A stretch of DNA of 63,521 nt, filler included, from Collodictyon triciliatum (Eukaryota): NCBI GenBank assembly GCA_043381765.1. It is 7 parts of 7 records of this genome, joined end to end, with 100 filler letters (N's around TTAATTAATTAA, not from the genome) between each part and the next. Parts side by side here need not be neighbours in the genome. Positions count along the whole stretch, not along the records: positions 1 to 10,195 come from JBHJMP010002758.1; positions 10,296 to 20,492 come from JBHJMP010002759.1; 5 more parts are not named here. The stretch is one strand, 5' to 3'. Positions 1-13,547 of this stretch are shown in pieces; the stretch's first letter is position 1; the number at the start of each line of letters is the position of its first letter. Position numbers and translations under genes: made by a program. The notes under the pieces are model-generated. The model was not told the origin of the DNA and did not search any database. It saw only the letters and a list, made by a program, of their open reading frames with translations.

Positions 1-215
1 GAAGAAGAAGAAGAAGAAGAAGAAGAAGAAGAAGAAGAAGAAGAAGAAGAAGAAGAAGAAGAAGAAGAAGAAGAAGAAGAAGAAGAAGAAGAAGAACAAG
101 AACAAGAAGAAGAACAAGAACAAGAAGAACAAGAAGAAGAACAAGAAGAACAAGAAGAACAAGAAGAACAAGAACAAGAAGAACAAGAAGAACAAGAAGA
201 AGAAGAAGAAGAAAA
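1..215. repeat. (GAA)n/(GAACAA)n microsatellite in an intron of the alanine aminotransferase gene
   Basis: Tandem GAA with interspersed CAA units, read directly. Confidence 0.95.
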
Positions 216-238
216 GAAAACTAAAATATGAAAAATAC

Positions 239-1057
239 CAGTTCCGCCCTTAATTGCTGAAAGATACTCCTGTGCGCGATGAACAGAATCCGCAGAGAAA
301 AGGTCAGGATGTTGCTTTGCCTTTTGAATCAGAGCAGGGTGGTCGCACATAGCCAGGACCTTCCATAATTAAACAAATAGAGGGGAAATCCGCCATAGGT
401 GAGTTAATTATGGCAAGATAAGGCAGTAGAATCGTCAACCACACAAAGAGAGCATCATCGCAGAAACCAACTAATACAACTCAGTACCTCTCTAATGTAC
501 GTGATTGGGACCTGGCCAAGTTCCTGAGGGTTTCCGATGTTGCAGTAAATGATCTCGTTGAAAGGAAGAGACTTTCCTGCGGCCAGATCGGCAGCCAACT
601 GACCAGCACGAAGCACTACCTCACCACGCACAGCATACTGAGCATTTCTGAGCGCAGCATTCATGCGATCCTTCAACGAACACGTGTATTTATTAATAAG
701 TTCATTTGCTTGTATTTTATTATGATACATGAAAGGAAAAGGAAAAGGAAAAGGAAGAGGAAAAGGAAAAGGAAAGAAAAGGAATGAAAAGAAAAGAAAT
801 AAACCAATTCAAAAGGAATAATCCATAACTCTTACGAGTTGTCATACTTACAGGATGGAGAGTTTTGCTATGGAGAGCGGCGACTATAGAACACGGAATA
901 AAAGACTCTCGATCAGCGAGGAAAAGCGCGAGCACCCTCAACTTTGAGGAGGTATGAAATGCAGGAGCAGACGGAGGAGACCGAATAAGTTGAGCAGACC
1001 TGATCCAACGCGGGTAACAGTCGACGGCTTCGCAAGAGCAGAGACTTTGGAAAGCAT
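239..1057 (-). CDS. GPT: Alanine aminotransferase (PLP class I), 5' exons only; probable mitochondrial presequence
   Basis: Spliced reading MLSKVSALAKPSTVTRVGS|VAALHSKTLHP|DRMNAALRNAQYAVRGEVVLRA...IIYCNIGNPQELGQVPITYIRE|VLAMCDHPAL...AQEYLSAIKGGTG. YAVRG and NIGNPQ are ALT motifs. GT-AG introns; the gene runs off the left edge. Confidence 0.88.
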
Positions 1058-1158
1058 CGCTTTATCTATGACGAGGGTGGCCTTCAGTGTTTATACTTTA
1101 AATAACTTCATCCACTCCCCAAACACGCGCTGTGGTTTTATTCCTTTGTTTTTTTTTT

Positions 1159-1237
1159 CTGTCTTTGTCTTTGTCTTTGTCTTTGTCTTTGTCTTTGTCT
1201 TTGTCTTTGTCTTTGTCTTTGTCTTTGTCTTTGTCTT
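1159..1237. repeat. (GTCTTT)n microsatellite upstream of ALT
   Basis: Perfect hexamer tandem array. Confidence 0.9.
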
Positions 1238-1942
1238 ATCTTTACTTCGGGTGGCTTTGTGTGTCAAGTTTGATCCGCAAGCGCCTCGAATCGGTGCTTT
1301 TTTGGCGTTTGGGTTTTTGATTGGATCACTTTTGAATTGATGTGGAAGAAAAAAATCATGTGTAGTTATGTCGGGTATACAAAATAACCCAGGATTTGGT
1401 GAACTATGCCTATCCCATCACTGTATAATAGATAATTGCACAGAGCATTGNNNNNNNNNNNNNNNNNNNNNNNNNNNNNNNNNNNNNNNNNNNNNNNNNN
1501 NNNNNNNNNNNNNNNNNNNNNNNNNNNNNNNNNNNNNNNNNNNNNNNNNNNNNNNNNNNNNNNNNNNNNNNNNNNNNNNNNNNNNNNNNNNNNNNNNNNN
1601 NNNNNNNNNNNNNNNNNNNNNNNNNNNNNNNNNNNNNNNNNNNNNNNNNNNNNNNNNNNNNNNNNNNNNNNNNNNNNNNNNNNNNNNNNNNNNNNNNNNN
1701 NNNNNNNNNNNNNNNNNNNNNNNNNNNNNNNNNNNNNNNNNNNNNNNNNNNNNNNNNNNNNNNNNNNNNNNNNNNNNNNNNNNNNNNNNNNNNNNNNNNN
1801 NNNNNNNNNNNNNNNNNNNNNNNNNNNNNNNNNNNNNNNNNNNNNNNNNNNNNNNNNNNNNNNNNNNNNNNNNNNNNNNNNNNNNNNNNNNNNNNNNNNN
1901 NNNNNNNNNNNNNNNNNNNTGTAATAGAACGAGAACGTCTCT

Positions 1943-4900
1943 ATGAGCACCGCAACTGCGACTGTGGCTGAAACGAATACAAAGACAAAGCTCGTTACCC
2001 TCAGCTTTTTATCTCGAGGCCTTCTGTGGAAGCTACACAAAGGGCTTTTGGAGCCACGGCCTTCAGTCCATGCCTTCCAAGGCGTAGTCGCTTTGATTGA
2101 CATCTCAGGATTCACACGATTGAGCGAGGAGCTGAAGCAACAAGGCCCGTCTGGACTGGAAAAGATATCAAAGTGATGTCAAAAAATCAAACCATATTTG
2201 AGCCCTAAATTATTTTTTCTTTTTCAAGTATATGCAAATATATATGTGATTATTTTATTTAGATGATATATTTTTTTTAGTTGGATATAAATTGCATTCT
2301 GCAGTACTCATCCATTTCTATATTTTATTAACAGAATCCTTAATTGGTTTTTCTTTCGAATTATTGACATAATTGATGCTCATGGAGGAGATGGTTTTTT
2401 TTTCTTTCTTTCCCTCCCAATTGTTATTTTATATATATGGTGTTTCTTTTGAACTGGCTGAGACTCTGAGAGTTTTCTTTCCGACCAGAGGCCACTTCAT
2501 TTTTGAAAAATCATTTTCTTTTAACGTGCATTTCAAAAATATGTTAAATCGGGTACAAAATTCTTTACATCACACTATATGACAAAAGATTTTTAAAAAA
2601 TTTCTATATCTTTCATTAGTTATCAAAATAGCCGGGGACGCAGTCGTGGTTGCATGGGTTGCTGATGAGACACAAACTTCAAAAGCAGACGATGAAAAAC
2701 TTTTGTCATTAGGGTGTAAACAGTTTCCAAGGTACATGTATTCGTGCAAGGATTATGAGTCTGCCGTCCTGCAAGCCACGATATGTTGCTTGAATTGTAT
2801 GGAATTGGCCACCAATTATAATCGAAAGAAAGATGTCACCGAAAATATGGACTCTGCCCATGAGCTCAGGGTTCACTGTGGAATGGCGGCTGGTGATTTG
2901 TTCGAAGTTGTTTGCGGGGGTAAGCTTTTACATATATGGCTTTACTTTGGACATTAGAAAAATTATCCTTATCTTAATTATTTACTTCTTATTACCATAA
3001 ACACAGGGTTTAATGGTTCGTTTGAGCACATAGTCTGTGGAGATTCTGTTTTCACAGAGATTACAGAGGCCATTAAAAACTCTCATTGTGGAGAGTTGTG
3101 TATGTCCGGGCGATGTTGGGATGTTTTTCCAGAGAAATCTCATCTATTGAAGCTTTATTCCCACGATGAGAAAGTTTGCACTATTTCGATGAATTTAACT
3201 TCTTTTTTTTTTTACGTGATAATTAACATTATGGCTTTTCTTACTCAATATTTCTACCTGTCTTATTATACTATAGTCAAGAACGCCAAGAATTAATAGA
3301 CTAAATATATCAAAGGGACCAAGTAATACTTTTTTTCATAACAGATTTCTGTGGGCGGCTTATATCACGTCATTCGCCCGAGCGTTCTTAACAAAGGTCA
3401 GATATCACATTATTGTATGATATACAAGATTTCGTAGATCTTGCGTATGACCTTTTCATTGAAAAAACTTTTTATTTTTAACACTTGCTGGGATTTGATC
3501 AATTGGTTATGATATCATTGAAATAAATGCATTGATATTTTATTTTTATTTATTTATTATGATTATTTTTATTTTTATTATTATGATTATTATGATTATT
3601 ATTATTTTTATTATTATTTTATTATTATTTTTATTATTATTTTTATTATTATTTTTATTTTTATTTTTATTTTTATTATTATTATTATTTTTATTATTAT
3701 TTTTATTATTATTATGATTATGATTATGATTATTCTAGATACTGTTTTCAAAATCTAATATATTTAATATATAAAGAAAGTTGGGCCTTGAAGGTCACCA
3801 AAAAACAAAATGGCCCCATAGGAGAGGACGGAAATTATACAAGTCTTTCTATATCAGATTTCAAGGTAAAATTTTAATTCCGATAGTGTCATAATATGAT
3901 TGTTTCATAGTTCATCACAGTCGAGAGGTATTCATTTTCCTGTTGCCTCTCTTCACACCTCTTGTAAAAAGAAATGGGTCTCCCCAATCCTGGATAATCC
4001 TCGCTGCATGGCTGAAGCCAAAGCTTTTTTACCCTCTTTGGTGAACTGCCGAATGGAGGACAATAGAATAAAGAACATTCCTGAACTCCGTTCTTGTTGT
4101 GTTCTCTTCGTAAGTGCGACTAATGCAATCTAATTAATAATCTTACAAAACGGAAACGTTTAAGGCAAAACAGAACAAAAAAAAACACTGCAAATCACCA
4201 AATTAGACACATATGAAGCAACTGATTAAATTCCAATAAAATAAAAGATTAAAGCATTGAAGATATTATTCCACTCTGAACTACAAACTTTTGAAAAATT
4301 GTATAGATTGGCCTGAAGTCTATACGGTTTGCTGACCCGGGCGATATGAATCAGCTTCAACCAGCATTTTTCTCGATACAAGAAGTATGCGAAGTCACCG
4401 ACGGATTCATTAGACAATTTATCATGGTAAGAAACCTTGCTTTGGCGTATGAGGGTAATTTTCCCCCTCCCTTATTCGACTCGAAGTGACATATGAGTGT
4501 AAGTAATATAAGGGTATAAAAATTATTCTCTTTGGACGTGTCCCTCCTATATTGAATCTGTTTTCATAGGATGACAAGGGTTGCATTGCCATTCTTGTTT
4601 ATGGAGCACCAGGAAAGAGTCATGCAGGTATATGATATCACAAAACATACGATGGATAGTGAACCAAAGCCAACATTTCCACCATCCTGCACAAAATTGA
4701 AAGGAAGAATAAAAAAATAATCACAAAACATACAGTGTGATTAGACACATCTAAACTCTTTTGATTTTTTTTTAATACAGACGACCCTTTCAGAGCAGTA
4801 AGAGCGGCACTTGCGATTGAAGATAAGATGGAATCTCTAGGTACAAACACATGTGCATAACAGATTAGATTTGAACAGTCATTTATATATATATAATATA

Positions 4901-7900
4901 ACATCAGAAGTTTTCTATATAAACAATATAGGATTTTTTCTTGGCATGTTCTTTTTTATACTTTTTTATCTATTTTTTTTGTTTGTTTATTTATTATGTA
5001 CTGTCACAAATTCATGTACATGATTCACAGGCGTAACTTCATCCATCGGTTGCACAATTGGCCGGGTTTTCTTTGGAGATATAGGAAGCCCGGTCAGAAG
5101 GTATCTCAGATTCTCTGTATTTTAGTGGACCACACACGACTTGCTAATTTTTCTTCTTTAATTTTTCATTCATTAGAGAATACAGCTTGGTTGGAGGTTT
5201 GCTTCTAATTTCATATCCTTTTATTTTGTTGATTTTGTTGATTTTGTTGATTTAGCTTCTTTTTTTTTTACTCATTCGATACCGAACCCATACACCAACT
5301 TATATTAGACGTAGTCAATTTTGCCGCACACATTATGAACTTGAATAAGGGTATTCTCTGCTCAGCCGAATTGATGATGGCCGCCAGAGATGCAACCGAA
5401 TATATTCCTACGGAACCATTTAGAATCAAAGGTTGCTTATGTTCGTTAGATTATAACCTCTTGGGATTTATAAATGATTTCGAGCCACATAAATAAATAA
5501 TTAAAACATCGATATCGATTTGCTGACTTAACCCTTCAAAAGAAACGATACCAAGGCGGAAAATTTTAATGAACTGATTAAATCCACTATTCAATTGAAG
5601 AATCATACGTACATGTTTGACTAATTTGTTTGAATGAATTTAGGAAAAGACCAAAGTGTTCTCCTTTACCAACCGAAGCAACTTATATTACGATCAATAC
5701 TAGAGCCTGTCAAAAACTCCAAAATCAAAGAGTTTATTGAATTCAAAGACATTCAGCATGTTGATTCACTGGTGGGATGTGAGGCAGAGTTGTGTCAATT
5801 TAGGGACATTATTTCGAGAATAGAAAAGTAATAATGCGGCTATATTAATTTTATTTTATCGTACTTTGAATCGAATAAAGGGAAAAAAATAATTTTATCG
5901 TAATTCCCGCTGATTGCAGCTTGTTTTTATTATTTCCTCATATGCATATACATCCTAGACCTAATCACGAATACCAGCGGCCACCCAAAGTATTTTATTT
6001 TATTTTTTCGTTCAAAATTTAGAGTATCTAAATATGTAGCCTAATTTAAATAATGCGAAATTTTATGACGCTAAATTGTGCGTCTATTATTAAATTCATT
6101 ATATACATATGATTAATAAATTAAAATGATATGAATGACAGGTTGTTATTGTTTCTGGGAAATCAGGATATGGAAAGACCCTTTTCCTCAAGCAATGCCA
6201 CAAGATATCAGAGGCGTCTGGAAAGCATTCACTATTTATTCAAGCACCGCCAGGAGAAACAAAACCTTTACTGGTGTGGATAAACCTGGCATCAAAGTAT
6301 CGAGAGTTATTACAAGTACAAAGCGAGCGTAGCGTAGTCGAGGTGTGTTATTTGTTTCTAAATATGGATCAATCAGTATTCATGTATGTTTCATCAAAGA
6401 GATGTCCATATGTGTTTAGAATTCCAATAAACACCAAAATACCAAGGACGCTGTTTCTTTGGAAAAAGAAATAATACGTGTATTAACAATAATCAACGGC
6501 AGAATTCGCTGAGTCAGATAAATCTAGTTGCAGGAGAAATTCAGTTGGGAGGTTCAATTCCCTCCGTGGCTAGAAGGCCCCTTTTGTTGCTCCAATTCTA
6601 TAACAGTATTCTAGGAATCAAAGAAGAGCCCTTACAAGTTCCTAATGTCAGCCAAGAGAAACAAATTGAGGTCCAAAGTGCCGCTTTACTACCCATATTC
6701 AGCAAGAAATCGTCCTCAAGCCACCTTATAATCATTATAGACGACGCTGAACAGTAATAGACTTTCTATCACCCTATTAAAGATATTCATTGATATGTAT
6801 GAATTTGCCAATTGAACTTTTCTTTCTTTTTTCTTCCATATATCCGAATAGGCTGGATTTGTATTCGAGAAGGTTTCTTGCAGAGCTAGCCCGTGAACAC
6901 CCAAATATCACATTCGTACTTTCAGTTAGTGATGAAAAAGGAAACATGCAGAGCGAAGTTGATAAAATTCAGTCTTTAAATGACGAGTACGTCTCCATAA
7001 ACTTGCACCCACTCACTTTGGTTGACTCTGCAAAATTGATTCGCCAATTATTTGGAGTTTCATCCACGGATAGTACTTTGGAAAGGATGATATATGAGAA
7101 AACGAAAGGAAATGGATATTTGATTAAGGGTTTGTCAACATTTCTTTCCTTAATCCTCAAAAGATATTTGATTATGGTATGATTGAAAATAACCACGTGC
7201 GTTACTTTATACATGTACAGAGTACTGTTGCTTCCTTGCTTCCAAGCGGTTGGTTACACTTGAGGACAGCTGCGCCAAACTGATAGGAAACGATGGGAAC
7301 CACAACGACTCCCTTGGAACTGAAGCTCTTGTAATGTTCGTTAGAATACATAAATAATGGCATATATATGCCCCTGGTGTAATGTTCAAACGGATTCCTT
7401 ATTCATGCAAACCATTTGAACTTTGAATTTAGGTTGTTCAAAAGTTTGATAGATTAAACCATCGAATACAAAGTGCACTAAAGGCAGCGAGGTGGATGAA
7501 AAAAAATTTTTTCCCCCAATTTTAATAGGTGAAAATTTCTTACACTTATGCTTATACATACTCATGAATTAAACCACAGTGTCATTGGAATGTCATTTTC
7601 CCTTAAAGACCTTGAGAGTATCATCGGAGATAGTGAGGGAAATGACACACTGGAGCATGGAATGGACGAATGTGTTAAAAACAATATTCTTCAGAAATTT
7701 GACGCGTTCAGCCCACACTATATGTTTATGAATGGAATAATAAGAGAATGCATATGTAATCACGCTTCTATACATTCATTTGGAATATTTTATTGTAAAG
7801 ATACGCATACAAATGAATTACGGATCATACCTCTCAAATGAAAGCTTCCACTTTCTGTTCTGTATTAGATGAAATGACTCCTGCACAGGATAGAAAGAAA

Positions 7901-8054
7901 CTACACTACTCATATGCAAAACATCTGGAAAAAAGATCAGATAAAAAAGAACAAATACAGTCCTTGGCATACCATTGGTTAAAGGCAGAAGTTTATCCTA
8001 TTGCGATAGGTAATGAGTTTGAAAATTACGATTTCGATTAAATTCTCCATATTA

Positions 8055-8085
<31 letters not shown>

Positions 8086-10194
8086 TGTATGTATGTATGT
8101 ATGTATGTATGTATGTATGTATGTATGTATGTATGTATGTATGTATGTATGTATGTATGTATGTATGTATAACTGAATCATCGCCTGTCTAGAATACTAT
8201 ACATTGTCAGGGGACACTCTCTTTCAAAGGCAGCTACCAGCGGAGGCTTTTTCGGTAACCAATATAGCTAAAAAAGAAACAGCATTTAACATGAAAGATA
8301 TATGAATTGGTTACTTTTCCTACCAATATACTACTCTCACTGTCTAAAACATTTGGAATGCTTTTAGAATTACACCATAGCTCTAGAAGTTGTTGAAAAG
8401 TCTGAAATATCAAAAAAGGCGTTATCGATGATAAAACTCTACTATCATGTCGGTGAATGTCTTTTCTTAATGGGCAACTACGCAGAATCAAAAAAGCAAG
8501 TATTTTATGTTTTCCTACATTTCGAAAATTGACAGAGAGAATAAAAAGAAAAGTAATAGATATTTCCTACAATAATGATTAGTGCTGATTGAATTTTATA
8601 TTTATTTCTTTAACTGAAATACCTGTGTTTATTAGGTACTTCCTTGGGTGCATCGAAAACATCGGATTCGAGACAAATCCTACCAACAAAGATATTTTTA
8701 AGAATAACTTCAGGAAATGGGTTAAAGAAGCTTTTCAATTCCTATATCGAAGAACAATATGGAGGCGAGGACGTGGTCCGGTATCTTACACACTAGAAAC
8801 TCAATGTAGAGAATCTAGTGAAGATAGCTCAATGATGGACTCTTTTTTACTTACCAAGAATATGAGCGACCGCTATAGGACAAATGTCGACTTATCTATA
8901 GATGCATACCAGTTTCCAGTTGAGATTCAGGGAGATATTCATCATAATAAAAAGCAATTAACAGGTTGCCTCTCTCTGGAAAGATTGGCTCTGATAATGC
9001 ATATGGAAGGGGAGAGAAGATTATCCAATCACTTTTGTATCGAATCTTTAAGGGTGGCTGAGTCACTAAGCATTCCGTCTCTATCCGCCCGGATAATGAG
9101 CAGTGCAGGGTATATGGCATCTAGGCGGTTTGGATGGTCAACCTTTAGGTATTTTATTAAATGAATTAAAGTCTTATCCCTCTCTTTTTTAATTATAATA
9201 ATATATATTGAAAAAATAAAAAATCAAATAATAGAGTTTACAAATCAAAGTCTGAAGAAAACGTCCGACAGGCCGACTCAAACAAGAAGTAACTTTACAT
9301 AAATTTAAGTAATAAGTGTAAGCATATTTATGTGAAGAGACATTGGCCACGATTCGCAAGTTTCTTTTCCAAGCCTTGCACATTGAATAAGTGATCAAGA
9401 GAAATCAGAGAGAAAAAGTAAGCAAATAAATGTAGGTATCAATCGGATTGTTCTTGTGCTTTTCTAACTGCGGCTGCAGCTGAATTATTGGCAGGAGAAA
9501 CGCGCATATTTGAGTCCTCTATAACATCCGCAATAATTATTTCCGAAGAATGTGCTGACCGATGGACGAAAGTAAATATCTATTAAAAAATATGTTAAAA
9601 ACTTAAATTTTTTATCTTTGAGTGAATTAACTTTCGCAAAATTGAAGGAAATAAAAAATTGAATAAATAAAATTTTTTGGTTATTTTATGAAAAATTTAT
9701 CCCAATGATGCAAATCTAAATCAGTCAAGCTGCATCTTGCTTGAAGCTTTCTGGAGATTCATCGCTGGCCCTTGTGGTTCCGGTAGAAGAATGATTAATG
9801 ATTTAATGCAGCTATGTACAAAAGTATCAAATCATTTCTACATGGACTGGGCACACTCTTTGATGATTGCTTCATACTTGAGATATGGAGGAGTTATCCC
9901 AATCCCTGCTAGAACCAAGTAAAGCAATAACATTAGTATAAAACTCTGAGAAAAATCATTTTCGGTGCACATGGTGAATTGTTTGTTTGTTTGTTTGTTT
10001 GTTTGTTTGTTTGTTTGTTTGTTTGTTTGTTTGTTTGTTTAATTTGCAACTACAATCATTCCCTTATACATTTCCTTCTCAGATTGATGCACGATATAAC
10101 AAAGGAGGAGCAACAGTCAGGTTTGATGGGCCATTTGAATTACAACATGAAGCTCGCTCTAGCTTCTTTGGTTCTTGGACATCCTTATTGGGCT
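1943..10194 (+). CDS. ADCY10: Soluble adenylyl cyclase type 10-like: two class III cyclase domains, STAND P-loop NTPase, helical/TPR-like region; many exons, 3' partial
   Basis: C1: ALIDISGFTRLSE, HGGD|VIKIAGDA, LRVHCGMAAG. C2: ELRSCCVLF, FIM|DDKG, ADDPFRAVRAAL, SIGCTIGRVFFGDIGSPVRR|EYSLVG|DVVNFAA. Walker A SGKSGYGKT, Walker B LIIIIDDAEQ, TKGNG, LAYHWLKAE. Confidence 0.88.
4459..4491 (-). mobile_element. Mini-retroinsertion copy A (diverged), in an ADCY10-like intron
   Basis: Reverse complement TGTCACTTCGAGTCGAATAAGGGAGGGGGAAAA, flanked by TATGAG(G/T)GTAA at 4448-4458 and 4492-4502. Confidence 0.65.
5864..5891 (+). mobile_element. Mini-retroinsertion copy B, in an ADCY10-like intron
   Basis: CTTTGAATCGAATAAAGGGAAAAAAATA flanked by perfect ATTTTATCGTA at 5853-5863 and 5892-5902. 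Confidence 0.8.
8057..8170. repeat. (TATG)n intronic microsatellite
   Basis: Perfect tetramer array. Confidence 0.95.
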
Positions 10195-10195
10195 A

Positions 10196-10295
10196 NNNNN
10201 NNNNNNNNNNNNNNNNNNNNNNNNNNNNNNNNNNNNNNNTTAATTAATTAANNNNNNNNNNNNNNNNNNNNNNNNNNNNNNNNNNNNNNNNNNNN
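10196..10295. other. Artificial contig-joining spacer N-TTAATTAATTAA-N; same at 20493-20592, 30770-30869, 41061-41160, 51349-51448, 61639-61738
   Basis: 100-nt N pads with a central six-frame-stop 12-mer, recurring about every 10.3 kb. Confidence 0.97.
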
Positions 10296-10365
10296 TATTC
10301 TCTTTTTTTATTATTCTCTTTTTTTATTATTCTCTTTTTTTATTATTCTCTTTTTTTTTTTATTT

Positions 10366-10511
<146 letters not shown>

Positions 10512-11818
10512 CTTTGACTCTATTTCCCTTATTTCCCCGTTTCATTTGCGTGCTTGTGTGGTGCTGGACATTATACTCTAGCTGCAGGAAACTATTCATC
10601 TGTGCGCACACACAATAACAATATTAAATTTGACATGAATGGCTGCGCAGCAACCTGTCGGTGCTTCTCCAGTGCAAAGCAGAATCAATCCCGAACATCG
10701 CCCGCGCACACGGATTTTCGGCGGACGTCATTGGCGAGGAATCATCCAAAGTCTCTACCGACGATAAAAGCCCGCTGGCTGCCATCAAGAGACAGGAAAA
10801 GGTGCAGCTCTGGCTTCTGCAGCAGAAAAAATAGCCTGCACCTCGGCCCACAAAAGCTCATATGAAAGAATGAAAGAAAAATAATATTTCGGTGCTAATT
10901 TGTTCTTTCCTTGGCCTGAGTCAGGATTGTTCAAGAGTTTAAAAAAAAAAAACTTGCACACAACCAGCAAATAATAAAGCTACCTAATTTTTGCTTTTAT
11001 TATTTGTCTTTTTTTAATCGTGTAGCCCTATCAACCAATAGAAGAAAATAAAAGCGAAGAAAACACACGTAGGTGATATCCATCATGTTTCTGAATGGGC
11101 ACGGAAAGCTGTCTGGGCACACCGACATAAAGCAATGCCTTGGAAGGGTTCATCACAGGCAAACAGATATTCACAGGACCAAAGAGCTGGAAATCGCCTT
11201 TTGCCGCCCGCTTCAAGATACTACTGCACAACCCGAAGACGCGTAAGTCCGCGAGCAGGTCGGCGGCAGCGCGCCGAAGGGCACAACCACGGTTTATTTG
11301 CAGACACATAAATCATGGCGGCGATTGGAGCGCAGAACGCCGCAGGTGCCGGTCTTTGACAGGAATCTGGGCGGGCCTGTCGGGTCAGCGCGACTCTGTG
11401 GCCTTGGGCCTTTTTCTGCAATGACTGAGCGGGGAAGGGACTCTGGAAGCTTTGCTCTGCGGGTTGGAGACTCTCGTTCTAACTCGAGAGTCTGTTTGTA
11501 TATATATGTGTGTGTTTGTATATATATATGTGTGTGTGTGTTTGTATATATGTCTGAATCCCTCCCTGGTTGTTTCGTTTGTCTTGGGGTGTATCCCCTA
11601 TTCTGATTCAGGGAACATGCGCGGGTGAACCACGGGAAACGTTGGTGCAGGGGCTGCTCCGGCGGTGCTGTTGTGGGCATCAATGTGTTTGTCTTTGAGG
11701 GGATGCGATGTGTGTGATGGGTGTTTTCCGCGTGGGTATGGCGAAACCAGACATCGGTATTGCTGTGCTATTTTGGGGAATTTCGTTTTGTATTTTTTTG
11801 ATGATGATGATGATGATG

Positions 11819-11887
<69 letters not shown>

Positions 11888-12417
11888 GTTCATGATAATT
11901 CTGTTTCAATAGCAAATAAAAGTATCATGTCCGTATCGCGTCCGTTGGCTCCTTCCTACAATTTTCAAACACGTATGCAGGTGCACAGATGTGTTTCTTG
12001 GAATTATGAGGCGACGCCACTACCCCATCTCCTCGAGCAATTTCGCCTTCTGCCTGTTTCCGTGGCTTCATATACCCTCTTGCGTTAAGTGAATTTTGTG
12101 ATATGTATGTGATGATTTCAAAGCGAGAACAAACTAAGCTTTTAGTCTGTCATCTTGTCTGCCCTTTTTGATATGTGGCTATTTTTCTCATTTGAACATT
12201 AGATGAAATGAACTATCACAATAAAATATCGCACAAATCTATATATTGCTCTTCAAATACCGGTGACTTGAATAAACCCATTCGAAGAAAATATGCAATT
12301 GTTTTTCTTCTTTTTTATGAGTCAATTGTGGCACACGAATGGGGGGTAAAGGGGAAAAATGGCGAGGGGATCGAAGAGGGCGTTGTCGTGTTGCAAACCG
12401 TGACCCTTCTATGATGC

Positions 12418-13418
12418 TTAAAAGTCATCATACTCGTCATCCTCCTCTGCGAGGCTACGGGCCAGCTCGGCTTCCTGCAATTCACGCTCCTTTCTCTCTT
12501 CGGGGCTTTCTCCGTCCTTCTTTTGTGAGTTTGGTGGGAAGCGCATGGCCTATGAGTTGTAAGTAGTATTAAAAAAAATATTATAATTTTAGGTCATGTC
12601 CTTTCAATCGGTTCATTTTACATGTTGACAAACGAGTATTAGGTTCTGCAGTCCAATGTATTAATTAGAAGGATTAAGGGATATGCTATGCGATCAGAGA
12701 GTGTATATTGCAGGCGTACAGTTTACAATTTTGTACCTTCACAGCTTCGTTATGGATAGAGAGACAAAACGCAATGCGATCGTGTAAGGCAGTCTGCGGC
12801 TCGGTGGTAGAGTATATATCCATGTTTCCCTGCGAATTATAAATGAGTCTCGGACGTTTGAAAGAGACAAACGATATGCTTCTAAAAAGGAGTATCTAAA
12901 CCCCTTTCCTTCACTTGAATCGAATAAAGGGGGAAAATTGCCTCCAAAAAGAAGTGAAAGGTCTGTCTAGCCAACCGCCTCCGATGAGAAATCGCAAACT
13001 TAGGTTGTCAATTAGAAAAAGAAACTCCGTACCTTGGATTGCATGTATCCTAGTTCATGATTGACAACTGCGTCGATAACTCCGTCCTTGATGGCCTGTC
13101 GGTTGTTGGGGATAATTTAGGTTGATACTATCAAGAGGAAGGACACAACAAGCCAAGTCATTCAGAAAGTGATGGAAAGATATATTAGTGGGGAAAAAAT
13201 AGCTCCGTTCACTTTGGCAACAATACTCTCAGCGTCCTGGGGGCTGTCTAGGTGGAGTTTGGCACATATATCCACAAATGATATTTTGGAATAGGCCAGA
13301 TGAATCTTGCGGAGTCCAGTCTTGATGACGTTGTGACGAAGTCTAAGAAATAGTGAGCCATAGAGGAATGTCATTTACGTCGACTGGGAGTTTGAATCAT
13401 AAAAATATAACAGTTTTC

Positions 13419-13459
<41 letters not shown>

Positions 13460-13480
13460 GGGAAAAAATATAAAAAAAAG

Positions 13481-13547
<67 letters not shown>

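Noticed and set aside
1366-2115. Long ORFs spanning N runs (also 56886-57308)
   Set aside because: Translation through scaffold gaps.
10240-10251. Regularly spaced TTAATTAATTAA palindromes
   Set aside because: Embedded in N pads; an artificial six-frame-stop linker.
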